Shown one piece after another: positions 53,517 to 64,000 of a DNA stretch of 64,000 nt. Made by a program: the position numbers and the translations under genes. Origin of the DNA: Macrostomum lignano (lineage: Eukaryota). Under the pieces are notes generated by a model. That model saw only the letters and a list, made by a program, of their open reading frames with translations. It searched no databases and was not told where the DNA came from. Within the stretch, counting starts at the first letter, position 1; each line of letters opens with the position of its first letter. Where the stretch lies: positions 434,001 through 498,000 of the forward strand of contig NIVC01000419.1 in the NCBI GenBank assembly GCA_002269645.1, read 5' to 3'.

Positions 53517-56500
53517 ATGCCAGCCCAAGTGGTGGCCATATTATTTATAATTAGTGTATTAGTAGCGACTAGTCTGACTGCGGCTTCAACTAAAAGTACA
53601 TCTGGTGCTGCGGTGGCTGCCAATAAATTGTCTTGCAATTTTGATGAGCGACACTGCTGCGACTTCACTATGCAGGGCTGGCGGGTGGCCTCCGAGGGCC
53701 AGATGAGACTATTGTGTGCGGTGTCTGACACTAAGGCTGGGGAGTTAACTAACGAAGTGAGTAGCCATTTTGAAACCTATCAGAGTTTTACACCCTCTGA
53801 ACAAGCACTGAGAATCGCTCAAAACAAGCATTGAAAATCGCCCTAAACAAGCAGTGAGAATCGCCCTAAACAAGCACTGAGAACCCCCCTAAACAAGCAC
53901 TGAGAACCCCCCTAAACAAGCACTGAGAACCCCCCTAAACAAGCACTGAGAATCGCCCTAAACAAGCATTGAAAATCGCCCTAAACAAGCATTGAAAATC
54001 GCCCTAAACAAGCATTGAAAATCACCCTAAACAAGCCCTGACTATCGCTCTATATAAGCATTGAAAATCGCCCTAAACAAGCATTAAGAATCGCCCTAAA
54101 CAAGCATTGAGAATCGCCCTATACAAGCAGTGAGAATCGCCCTAAACAAGCCTTAAGAATCGCCCTAAACAAGCATTAAGAATCACCCTAAACAAGCAGT
54201 GAGAATCGCCCTAAACACGCATTGAGAATCGGTGTGTTGAATAGATCTGACAAGAGTCTCTCAATTGAGCCATCAATCAATTCATTCCCTCACGCGCCAG
54301 ATAACAGTGGAAGGCTCGAGCAGTTTGCACCTGTGTCTGCAAATTCGCTATCGAATTAAAACTCAGCGACAGCAACAGCAGAACCCGCCATTGTCGCTGT
54401 CAATCAACGATCAGCAGGTGTGGTCAGTTGATTGGCCATCGTCTCTAGGCGGTCAGGATTCGTCTAGTTTTAATTCTTCTTTGTCACAAGCTTCACCTTC
54501 CTGGCAGATTTCGCACCTGTCAATCAGTTTGAGACCGTCATCGGCTACCAATGGCAGGCGTCGGCACACATTGTCGTTGCGAGGTTTCGATGGAGCCTGT
54601 CTAGACGCTATGTCAGCTGATTCTAGCGGACGTTGTCCCATTACTAGGCAACCGTTGCTATGGTTACTATTGGATCAGAGGGTGTGGCTAGCAACCAGTT
54701 TGTGCCTTATGGGCCTGTGCTTAGTTGTAGGCCTGGCCGCTTCTCTGCTGCTGTCTCGAAGGAAAGGATCCGGGACGAGGGTCCAAAGACGCGGCAGGAA
54801 CGGTGGCGACGTGAGTCTGGGGACTGGGGCTGGCTGAGCTGATTTTGAAAGTCATAGGTTGGCTTGAGATGATTTTGAAAGTCATAGGGTGGCTTGAGAT
54901 GATTTTGAAAGTCATAGGGTGGCTTCAGATGATTTTGAAAGTCATAGGGTGGCTTCAGATGATTTTGAAAGTCATAGGGTGGCTTCAGATGATTTTGAAA
55001 GTCATAGGGTGGCTTGAGATGATTTTGAAAGTCATAGGGTGGCTTGAGATGATTTTGAAAGTCATAGGTTGGTTGAGATGATTTTGAAAGTCAGGGTGGC
55101 TTGGGATGATTTTGAAAGTCATAGGTTGGCTTGAGATGATTTTGAAAGTCATAGGTTGGTTGAGATGATTTTGAAAGTCATAGGGTGGTTTGGGATGCTT
55201 TTGAAAGTCATAGGGTGGCTTGGGATGATTTTGAAAGTCATAGGTTGGTTGAGATGATTTTGAAAGTCAGGGTGGCTTGGGATGATTTTGAAAGTCATAG
55301 GGTGGCTTGGGATGATTTTGAAAGTCATAGGATGGCTTGAGATGATTTCGAAAGTCATAGGGTGGCTTGAGATGCTTTTGAAAGTCATAGGGTGGCTTGA
55401 GATGATTTTGAAAGTCATAGGGAGGCTTGAGATGATTTTGAAAGTCATAGGTTGGCTTGAGATGATTTTGAAAGTCATAGGGTGGCTTGAGATGATTTTG
55501 AAAGTCATAGGGTGGCTTGAGATGATTTTGAAAGTCATAGGGTGGCTTGGGATGCTTTTGAAAGTCATAGGGTGGCTTGAGATGATTTTGAAAGTCATAG
55601 GGTGGCTTGAGATGATTTTGAAAGTCATAGGGTGGTTTGGGATGCTTTTGAAAGTCATAGGTTGGTTTGAGATGATTTTGAAAGTCATAGGTTGGCTTGA
55701 GATGATTTTGAAAGTCATAGATTGGTTGAGATGATTTTGAAAGTCATAGGTTGGTTGAGATGATTTTAAAAGTCATAGGGTGGCTTGAGATGATTTTGAA
55801 AGTCATAGGTTGGCTTGAGATGATTTTGAAAGTCATAGGGTGGCTTGAGATGATTTTGAGAGTCATAGGGTGGCTTGGGATGCTTTTGAAAGTCATAGGG
55901 TGGTTTGGGATGCTTTTGAAAGTCATAGGGTGGCTTGAGATGATTTTGAAAGTCATAGGGTGGTTTGGGATGCTTTTCAAAGTCATAGGGTGGTTTAGGA
56001 TGCTTTTGAAAGTCATAGGGTGGCTTGAGATGATTTTGAAAGTCATAGGGTGGCTTGAGATGATTTTGAAAGTCATAGGGTGGCTTGAGATGATTTTGAA
56101 AGTCATAGGGTGGCTTAAGATGATTTTGAAAGTCATAGGGTGGCTTAAGATGATTTTGAAAGTCATAGGGTGGCTTGAGATGATTTTGAAAGTTATAGGG
56201 TGGCTTGAGATGATTTTGAAAGTCATAGGGTGGCTTGGGATGATTTTGAAAGTCCTAGGGTGGCTTGAGATGATTTTGAAAGTCCTAGGGTGGCTTGAGA
56301 TGATTTTGAAAGTCCTAGGGTGGCTTGAGATGATTTTGAAAGTCATAGGGTTGCTTGAGATGATTTTGAAAGTCATAGGGTGGCTTGAGATGATTTTGAA
56401 AGTCATAGGGTGGCTTGAGATGATTTTGAAAGTCATATGGTGGCTTGAGATGATTTTGAAAGTCATAGGGTTGCTTGAGATGATTTTGAAAGTCATATGG

Positions 56501-58996
56501 TGGCTTGAGATGATTTTGAAAGTCATAGGGTTGCTTGAGATGATTTTGAAAGTCATAGGGTGGCTTGAGATGATTTTGAAAGTCATAGGGTGGCTTGAGA
56601 TGATTTTGAAAGTCATAGGTTGGCTTGAGATGATTTTGAAAGTCATAGGGTGGCTTGAGATGATTTTGAGAGTCATAGGGTGGCTTGAGATGATTTTGAA
56701 AGTCATAGGGTGGCTTGAGATGATTTTGAAAGTCATATGGTGGCTTGAGATGATTTTGAAAGTCATAGGGTTGCTTGAGATGATTTTGAAAGTCCTAGGG
56801 TGGCTTGAGATGATTTTGAAAGTCCTAGGGTGGCTTGAGATGATTTTGAAAGTCCTAGGGTGGCTTCAGATGATTTTGAAAGTCCTAGGGTGGCTTGAGA
56901 TGATGTTGTTGTTGAAATAGGCTTATTACTTTGAGATGACTTTGCGGTATGAATTGTCTAACTTGGACAACAATAACGTTATTGTCTCGTACGTTGCAGC
57001 TATTTTTGTCGCAGCGTTGAAATTTTTATAAGCTTGAAAATTGGACCGTTTAAAGAAATCTTTCGTGTGAAGTCATTAGCATGAGAATTTCCTATTTAAT
57101 GTGATGATGCATCAAGAAGATTGAAAAATTCGAGATCTAGAAGTTCTGGAAATTTTTTCACGCATTTATTGACTATTAACGATTCGGCCATGTGGGATGC
57201 GCAGAATGCGACCCCTCCCCAAGACTGGGCTTCTTAAAGTGCATTTGCCACAAATTTCTAGTCCATATCCCTGCGCAGTTAGCTTTCGAACAATTTGTGG
57301 CTTTTTGTCTCGTATTATATAGTAAGGGGGTTGTAGCCTAGGGGTCAGAGCGTGGGACTCACGACTTGAAGGTCGGGGGTTCGATTCCCGATCCCACTGG
57401 AACAATTTGTGTCCTTAAGCAAGACACTTAACTCTGCATTGCTTCAGTTCACCCAGCTGTAAAATGGGTGCCAGCATTAGCTGGGGTAATTGAGGCTGTG
57501 TGTGGCGACCCCCCCCCCCAGTCCTTGGACTGAACAGCCGTACGCAGCCTTCAGATGCGCCATGCAATAGCTGCGGCTCAGCTGTCGGTTGCACATCTGC
57601 ACATTATGACAGGTGTATTTAATTATTTATATTAGTTATTGTTGTTATACGGATATACGGTATGGTTGAACTCTGGTGTGATGAACTAACAGCATTTCAT
57701 GCATCATTCCACGTTAATGATTAAACATATTACGACTCGTAAAACCTATGTAGGGATAAAATCAATCTTAACTCATTTCAAAATCATCCAGTCAGTTTCA
57801 ACTCATTTCAAAATCATCCAGTCAGTTTCAACTCATTTCAAAATCATCCAATCAGTTTCAACTCATTTCAGAATCATTCAGTCAATCTAAACTCATTTCA
57901 AAATCATCAAGTCAGTTTCAACTCATTTCAAAATCATCCAGTCAATCTAAACTCATTTCAAAATCATCAAGTCAGTTTCAACTCATTTCAAAATCATCCA
58001 GTCAATCTAAACTCATTTCAAAATCATCCAGTCAGTTTCAACTCATTTCAAAATCATCCAGTCAATCTAAACTCATTTCAAAATCATCAAGTCAGTTTCA
58101 ACTCATTTCAAAATCATCCAGTCAATCTAAACTCATTTCAAAATCATCCAGTCAGTTTCAACTCATTTCAAAATCATCCAGTCAATCTAAACTCATTTCA
58201 AAATCATCAAGTCAGTTTCAACTCATTTCAAAATCACCCTACAAGCGTGGCAACTCAACCCAGCCTATCTCAAGCCACTAAATTCCTATATAGAACTCAT
58301 TCCCATTTTCCCACCACTCCACAGGCGGTCGTGGGTCCCCGAGTTCGCGCCCAACCAGTCCGCCTGTCGCAGGTGCTGCTGAGCTCTCCGGCGCCTCCTC
58401 TGCGCAGGCAGTCATCTCAGCTTCATCGCCAGCATCCTTATCAGCAGCAGCAGCAGCAACAACAGCCGTTGCAGCAGCAGCAGAATTCTAACAGGCTCTC
58501 AGTTCATCTGCAGCACAATCGAACTCCATCAAATGGTTCCGGCAATTTTCCTCTACCAGACACTGTCGCTTTCCGATCGGCTCGACCAATCAGCGTGCCG
58601 CCTGGCTGTACTTTTCTGCTCGGCTCCTCGATGACGTCATCATCTACCCCGGCAGCCGCCACCGCTACTGTTGAACCTCTGGCCGAGGGTGTAGAATCTC
58701 CCGTAGCTGAAGTCAGCTTAACAATGGCCAGCACTTTGCCTCGGCGGCCGCTGCCAGCTGTTGCCGCGGATTTTACAGAATCCAACACTGCTGCTACTAA
58801 TAGTAGTAGGCCAGTATCGTCTACATTTGTTCCAGCCGGAGTTGGCGGATTTGGCTTCGTGCTTGGCACCGGAATTCGCCCGGTGTCGTCGTCAACGCCT
58901 GGTCGGTCGACTAATCTGGAGCCGGGTGCTGGTACTACTAATAGTACTATTAATGATACTCATACTACTGATGATGCCAATGAAGGGGCTGGTTAG
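53517..58996 (+). CDS. Type I membrane protein with a MAM-like ectodomain and a Q/S/P/T-rich cytoplasmic tail (473 aa, 3 coding exons)
   Basis: Exons 53517-53756, 54301-54810 and 58325-58996, all phase 0 with GT-AG. Signal peptide; SCNFDERHCCDF...W, CLQIRY, WQISHLSI, GFDGAC; TM WLATSLCLMGLCLVVGLAASLLL followed by SRRK. Confidence 0.8.
53805..54232. repeat. 23-bp minisatellite AAACAAGCACTGAGAATCGCCCT
   Basis: Fills intron 1 of the MAM-like gene. Confidence 0.93.
54835..56905. repeat. 30-bp minisatellite GAGATGATTTTGAAAGTCATAGGGTGGCTT (partial duplicate at 51895-52505)
   Basis: About 69 copies; source of the MILKVIGWLE / MTFKIISSHP spurious ORFs. Confidence 0.97.
57326..57640 (+). mobile_element. 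tRNA-derived CORE-type SINE, copy 3
   Basis: Same head, CORE and body as copies 1 and 2; the 3' end diverges after gcacatctg. Confidence 0.88.
57765..58237. repeat. 30-bp minisatellite AACTCATTTCAAAATCATCCAGTCAGTTTC
   Basis: About 16 copies; core is the reverse complement of the GATGATTTTGAAA core of the 54835 array. Confidence 0.93.
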
Positions 58997-59679
58997 CTTT
59001 ATTAATCAAGATTGTAAGGAAATAATTGTTATTACGGTTTTAAGCATCCTGAGCACATGCAAGTTTGCCAATACTGTACGAGCGTACAGTGTGTTACAGC
59101 GATTCTGACTTTCTAGTCGTCAGGCCATGTACACTCTGTGCTTTGGGTTGAATTCCAGGTGTAACTGGAGATTAACTGGGATTTGTCATCTCTACCCAAA
59201 AATTTACACTGCTGAGTCTGTCTGACCCACAGAAGATGCATAAGTCTGTCGACTCCATGTTGATAGAGTTACTCAAATTTGACAATTGATCTGAAAGTGC
59301 TAAGAAGCTCCATAACTTAAAGAACTATTTGCTATTACAAAAGAAATATAAACTGTGGAAAATATGGAACAGATTCAATTCGATGTTCAGCTTAGGGAAA
59401 AAACAGGTAGTCAGTTTGGTATCTGGGTTGTCAAAAATTAAATTTGATGTTGTCATGACCAAGGATTACTGAAGTAGAAGGTGTCTAGGGAAAATTGTTA
59501 TTGCTTTTGATAGAAGTCGGGACCTGGTGTCCAAGGTCTAAGGAACTCATTTACCAAGAAACGCAGTTTCCCGTCCTACTTGAGTAGTCTAGAGAGGTTT
59601 TTTAAATCAATCTATTATAAAAATGCAAATAGAAATCTGTGTACCATTTGTCTAGAAGTTTGTATTTATCAATGTAGGT

Positions 59680-59910
59680 TTGCTACTGTCTAATACCTTG
59701 GTCTAATTAATCCACTGTGGCTACTGCCTAATACCTTGGTCTAATTAATCCACTGTGGCTACTGCCTAATACCTTGGTCTAATTAATCCACTGTGGCTAC
59801 TGCCTAATACCTTGGTCTAATTAATCCACTGTGGCTACTGTCTAATACCTTGGTCTAATTAATCCACTGTGGCTACTGCCTAATACCTTGGTCTAATTAA
59901 TCCACTGTTT
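59680..59910. repeat. 38-bp minisatellite GGCTACTGCCTAATACCTTGGTCTAATTAATCCACTGT
   Basis: About 6 copies. Confidence 0.93.
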
Positions 59911-61399
59911 CACCCTTGGCATAGCTAGACTATAATTCTCTTTTCCTATCCGACAATATAGAAAAGTACAGCAGTTTTTTTAGGCAAGCAGTTTATATCT
60001 GGGCTTGAAGTATGTTGTTTCTCCCTTCCCCAGATGCAGCTGTATCCACTGCAGCTGCATCGAGAGGGTTTTGTAGGCACAACCCCCCCCCCCCCCCAGA
60101 TCCTAGCGGCTGATGCTGCCAGGTATAAAATTTCTGATTGTATTAATACAGAAGGTAAATGTATCTTTTATTTTTTAGCATTGTTTCTTTACATGTATTG
60201 TTCTTTTTCGCATGCGCTGTTTCTGAATCTGAAAATCTAGTTTTGGTTTAGTTGCTATGGGGCACATTTTGTGTCCAATCTGTTTCTTTGAATGGCAATA
60301 TTCATTTTACCAAAAAGCTATTAAATGTTATTTTTTATAATTTAGTGCCTAACCGCTTATAATGCTATTGTCAGTAGGAATATTCGAATTTTCCTTTCTA
60401 TTTAGCTTCAGTAGTTCGCTGAAATTGTTTTCTTATAATTCATTTTTTAATTGTTTTTTTATAAATTCAGGGACAAACTGTTTGTTTGCGTGCTACTACT
60501 AACTAGCAGTTTTGTTGCGAGTAGTATGTTTAGCGAATTTGGTGGGGATTTGACTTGATGTCTGTTTTTATTCTTCACCGGTGCCTATCGCAGTAAATGT
60601 TAACAAATTAATAACATTCTGCAGCGGCTTGCAAATTACTATATACTACTTATGCATAGGAATAATTAGTAACATTACTGAAAATAAATTTAAAATTTAT
60701 TGACATTTGCTCACCTGGAGACTTAATATTGCTTGCTTTACAAAAACCTTTGCCTGCGTTCATATTACATTGTACATCTAATTCAGTGCTTTTGTATAGA
60801 AAGTGTTGTTGTATCGTTAATTATTAATTTCAGTATTTAAATGTAAATTTTGACTTGAAAAATTCAATCTCTTGTCATTGTATTCAATACCTATTGTTAT
60901 TTGTTGTAATTCAATATTTGTAATCGTTTCTAATAATAGCCTTGTTAGAAGTTCACTGCTCTACTATTTATAGTAGCTTTCAAGCGTTTTATCTATGTTT
61001 TTTATATTAACAGAAGCTCTTAATTGCTGCCAACTTTTATAAACCATATTTTTATTGTTTGCTTCCTAAAATATTATTTATTAACTGCTTCCTTTCCCTG
61101 TGTACGCTCTCAGTGCTGCGTATGCAATGATTACAACTGTTTAGTCAATAACAAATTTTTGTTTTCGGCTTGCTGCAATTCTAACTATTTCTTCTTACCT
61201 GGTCAATTTTAAATAAGTTTTTTATTAATTGTTACATTTTAGTAAGTATTTTTGCGCACCAGTGTGTAAATTGGTACATACGATTAGAAATCAGTGGCCA
61301 GTCACTCAATAAAAACAAAAAGTATGTTTTATTTTATTTATGCTGCAATGAGTATGTTTTGTTGTATTTTATTTTTAACATTGCCCTAGAAGTAGGCTA

Positions 61400-61985
61400 T
61401 CTAGATTATTATGTACTTTAATCATCTGGAGGTGTACTTTTATCATTTAGGGTTGTACTTTCATTATCTAGATATTATGTATTTTTATCATCCCAACATA
61501 ATGTACTTTTATCTAGACATTGTGTACTTCTATCTAGATATGCACATTTATCATCCAGACATATGTACTTTAATCATCTAGATATTATGTATTTTTATCA
61601 TCCCGACATAATGTACTTTTATCTAAACATTGTGTACTTCTATCTAGATATGTACATTTATCATCCAGACATATGTACTTTCATCATCTAGATATTTTGT
61701 ATGTTTATCATCCCGACATAATGTACTTTTATCTAAACATTGTGTACTATCTAGATATGTACATTTATCATCTAGACTTAATATACTTTATATATATATA
61801 CTTAATAGACTTAATATAATATACTTTTATCATCTGGAGATATGTATTTTAATCATCTAGATATGTACTTTTTATTACCTAGACATGCACTTTTATCATC
61901 TAGAAATGTACTTTCATCATCTAGAGATGTACTTGTACTTGTATCATTTAGACATGTACTTTTATCATCTAGACACTATCTATTG
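61400..61985. repeat. Degenerate AT-rich tandem repeat (ATGTACTTTTATCATCTAG core)
   Basis: Recurrent core with larger block repeats. Confidence 0.8.
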
Positions 61986-62120
61986 TGCCGTATTGCAGGT
62001 AGAAGCTTGCCAATTGTCGTGGCGTCAATTTTCAAGGTTTCTGCCAAAGGCTAACCTAGTTTTAAATAACTAGTTAATAACTAGGTGTTCAACGGAAGAG
62101 GACGCTAAATTGGCAGACAG

Positions 62121-63743
62121 ATGCTGATGAGAGGCTCCCCACTCAGTGCTGGCAGCGGCGGCGGCGCCAGCGGAGGCGGCAGTGGCGGAGGCGGCACACT
62201 GTACTCCGTCAGCGTTATCGGTATGTCAGCAAAGTCGGCAGAAGCGGAAGGTCGCGGCGTTGGGAAATCCTGTCTGTGCAACAGATTTGTCCGGCCCGGA
62301 GCCGATAATTATCGAGACAGGTGAGCGAAACTGTCTGTTTAAGACGGATCTCTGCCTTCACACTTTGAATGCACTTTTAGTGGTCGCATTAGCTCGTCTT
62401 AAAAAGTCAACAATGGAATCAGTCTGAATTACCTGTCAGAGTCAGTCTAAGTTACCTGTCAGAGTCAGTCTGAATTACCTGTCAGTTAGTTTGAATTACC
62501 TGTCAGAGTCAGTCTGAGTTACCTGTCAGAGTCAGTCTAAGTTACCTGTCAGAGTCAGTCTGAATTACCTGTCAGAATCAGTCTGAATTAACTGTCAGAG
62601 TCAGTCTGAATTACCTGTCAGAGTCAGTCTAAGTTACCTGTCAGAGTCAGTCTGAATTACCTGTCAGAATCAGTCTGAATTACCTGTCAGAGTCAGTCTG
62701 AATTACCTGTCAGAGTCAGTCTGAATTACCTGTCAGAGTCAGTCTGAATTACCTGTCAGAGTCAGTCTGAATTAACTGTCAGAATCAGTCTGAATTACCT
62801 GTCAGAATCAGTCTGAATTACCTGTCAGAGTCAGTCTGAATTACCTGTCAGAATCAGTCTGAATTACCTGTCAGAGTCAGTCTGAATTACCTGTCAGAAT
62901 CAGTCTGAATTACCTGTCAGAGTCAGTCTGAATTACCTGTCAGAGTCAGTCTGAATTACCTGTCAGAGTCAGTCTGAATTACCTGTCAGAATCAGTCTGA
63001 ATTACCTGTCAGAGTCAGTCTGAATTACCTGTCAGAGTCAGTCTGAATTACCTGTCAGAGTCAGTCTGAATTACCTGTCAGAATCAGTCTGAATTAACTG
63101 TCAGAATCAGTCTGAATTACCAGTCAGAGTCAGTCTAAGTTACCTGTCAGAGTCAGTCTGAATTACCTGTCAGAGTCAGTCTGAATTACCTGTCAGAGTC
63201 AGTCTGAATTAACTGTCAGAGTCAGTCTGAATTACCTGTCAGAGTCAGTCTGAATTACCTGCCAGAATCAGTCTGAATTACCTGTCAGAATCAGTCTGAA
63301 TGCCTGTCAGAGTCAGTCTGAATAGCAGGGGAAATTAATTACAAACGCGGCCCACCATTCCAGACACAGCTCCATAGTGTCAGAGCCAGATTTCGCTGGC
63401 CAAGTATTGCGCAGCAGCCACTGGATCTACTGGGGCATCGGGCAGGTGGCGCAAAGCCATCAACGATTTCACGTAGTTGAACAGACGGAGATTGCTAACG
63501 ACGCTAATTTGCGGGTATTCGGCTACAGCGAGCCTTATCATGCCAGGTGTACAGCAACGAAACTGTACACCAGCCAGAAGCTTGCCTGGATTTGCTCCGA
63601 TCAGCTCGGCTTTGAAGACGATTATCCGAAAATTCGAGCACCGGATGGCGCTCTATTAATTAACGGATTCTTGCTGTGCTTTGATGCTTCCGCAAATTTT
63701 GAGCGGCAATGCGCTTTCTTGAAAGAGGTGGCGCCGTATTTAG
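62121..63743 (+). CDS. ARHGAP35: p190 RhoGAP (ARHGAP35/ARHGAP5 family), N-terminal GTPase-fold exons; gene continues past the window
   Basis: Exon 62121-62320 LYSVSVIG...[19 protein letters not shown] (ag|gtgagc). Exon 63364-63743 [24 protein letters not shown]...VVEQTE...[16 protein letters not shown]...INGFLLCFD. Phase-2 join is in frame. Confidence 0.93.
62422..63325. repeat. 23-bp minisatellite AGTCAGTCTGAATTACCTGTCAG
   Basis: About 39 copies filling the p190 intron. Confidence 0.96.
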
Positions 63744-63834
63744 GTGAGGAATCCGGTTGCTTTGCTAGGGTGTGTAGTAGGGCTGTCAAGAGGGTAAGAC
63801 AGGGCAGTAAGGAGAGTAGACATGTGTGGTAGAC

Positions 63835-64000
63835 AAATTTGGAGTAGACCCATGAGAGACACGAGGGGTAGACACATGTCGGATAAACCATGAGGGGTAG
63901 ACCATGAGGGATAGACCCTGAGGGTTAGAATACATGTGGGGTAGACACATGAGGGGTAGAAACATGAGGGGTAGACACATAAGGGGTAGAAACATGAGGG
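63835..64000. repeat. 15-bp repeat GACACATGAGGGGTA
   Basis: Read directly; runs to the window end. Confidence 0.85.

Noticed and set aside
54845-56920. MILKVIGWLE / MTFKIISSHP repeat proteins
   Set aside because: A 30-bp intronic minisatellite between phase-compatible exons 54810 and 58325.
57326-57400. tRNA gene (also 3268 and 22609)
   Set aside because: No complete acceptor stem, and the sequence continues into the SINE body; it is a SINE head.

Overview
Eukaryotic (animal) genomic DNA: GC-rich exons, GT-AG introns packed with locus-specific micro/minisatellites, and tRNA-derived CORE-type SINEs. This architecture resembles the flatworm Macrostomum (inference only). Genes reconstructed by hand from splice sites: 3' end of an ABCC/MRP transporter (+); a 3-exon QSOX-like membrane protein lacking both redox CxxC motifs (+); a BTB-BACK-Kelch gene (-); two tandem SVOP/SV2-type MFS transporters (-), the second lacking one whole in-frame exon; a Myb/SANT ORF plus a 21-bp heptad-coding minisatellite next to a possible decayed Harbinger nuclease; a secreted PAN-like/LamG-like gene with a 1-nt frameshift; a C-type lectin + PAN gene; a MAM-like type I membrane protein whose TM exon is partly duplicated upstream by a complex rearrangement; and the first coding exons of p190 RhoGAP. 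Mobile DNA: three CORE-SINE copies, a 580-bp MITE with 8-bp TSD, and a 2.9-kb TIR element with 8-bp TSD nested in a foldback-like element. No CRISPR array and no true tRNA or rRNA gene were found. Most long ORFs in the track are tandem-repeat artefacts. Best candidates for novelty: the QSOX pseudoenzyme, the exon-deleted SVOP paralog, the exon-creating duplication junction, and inverted related minisatellites at the two ends of one intron. All alignments are by eye or from memory; no searches were run.
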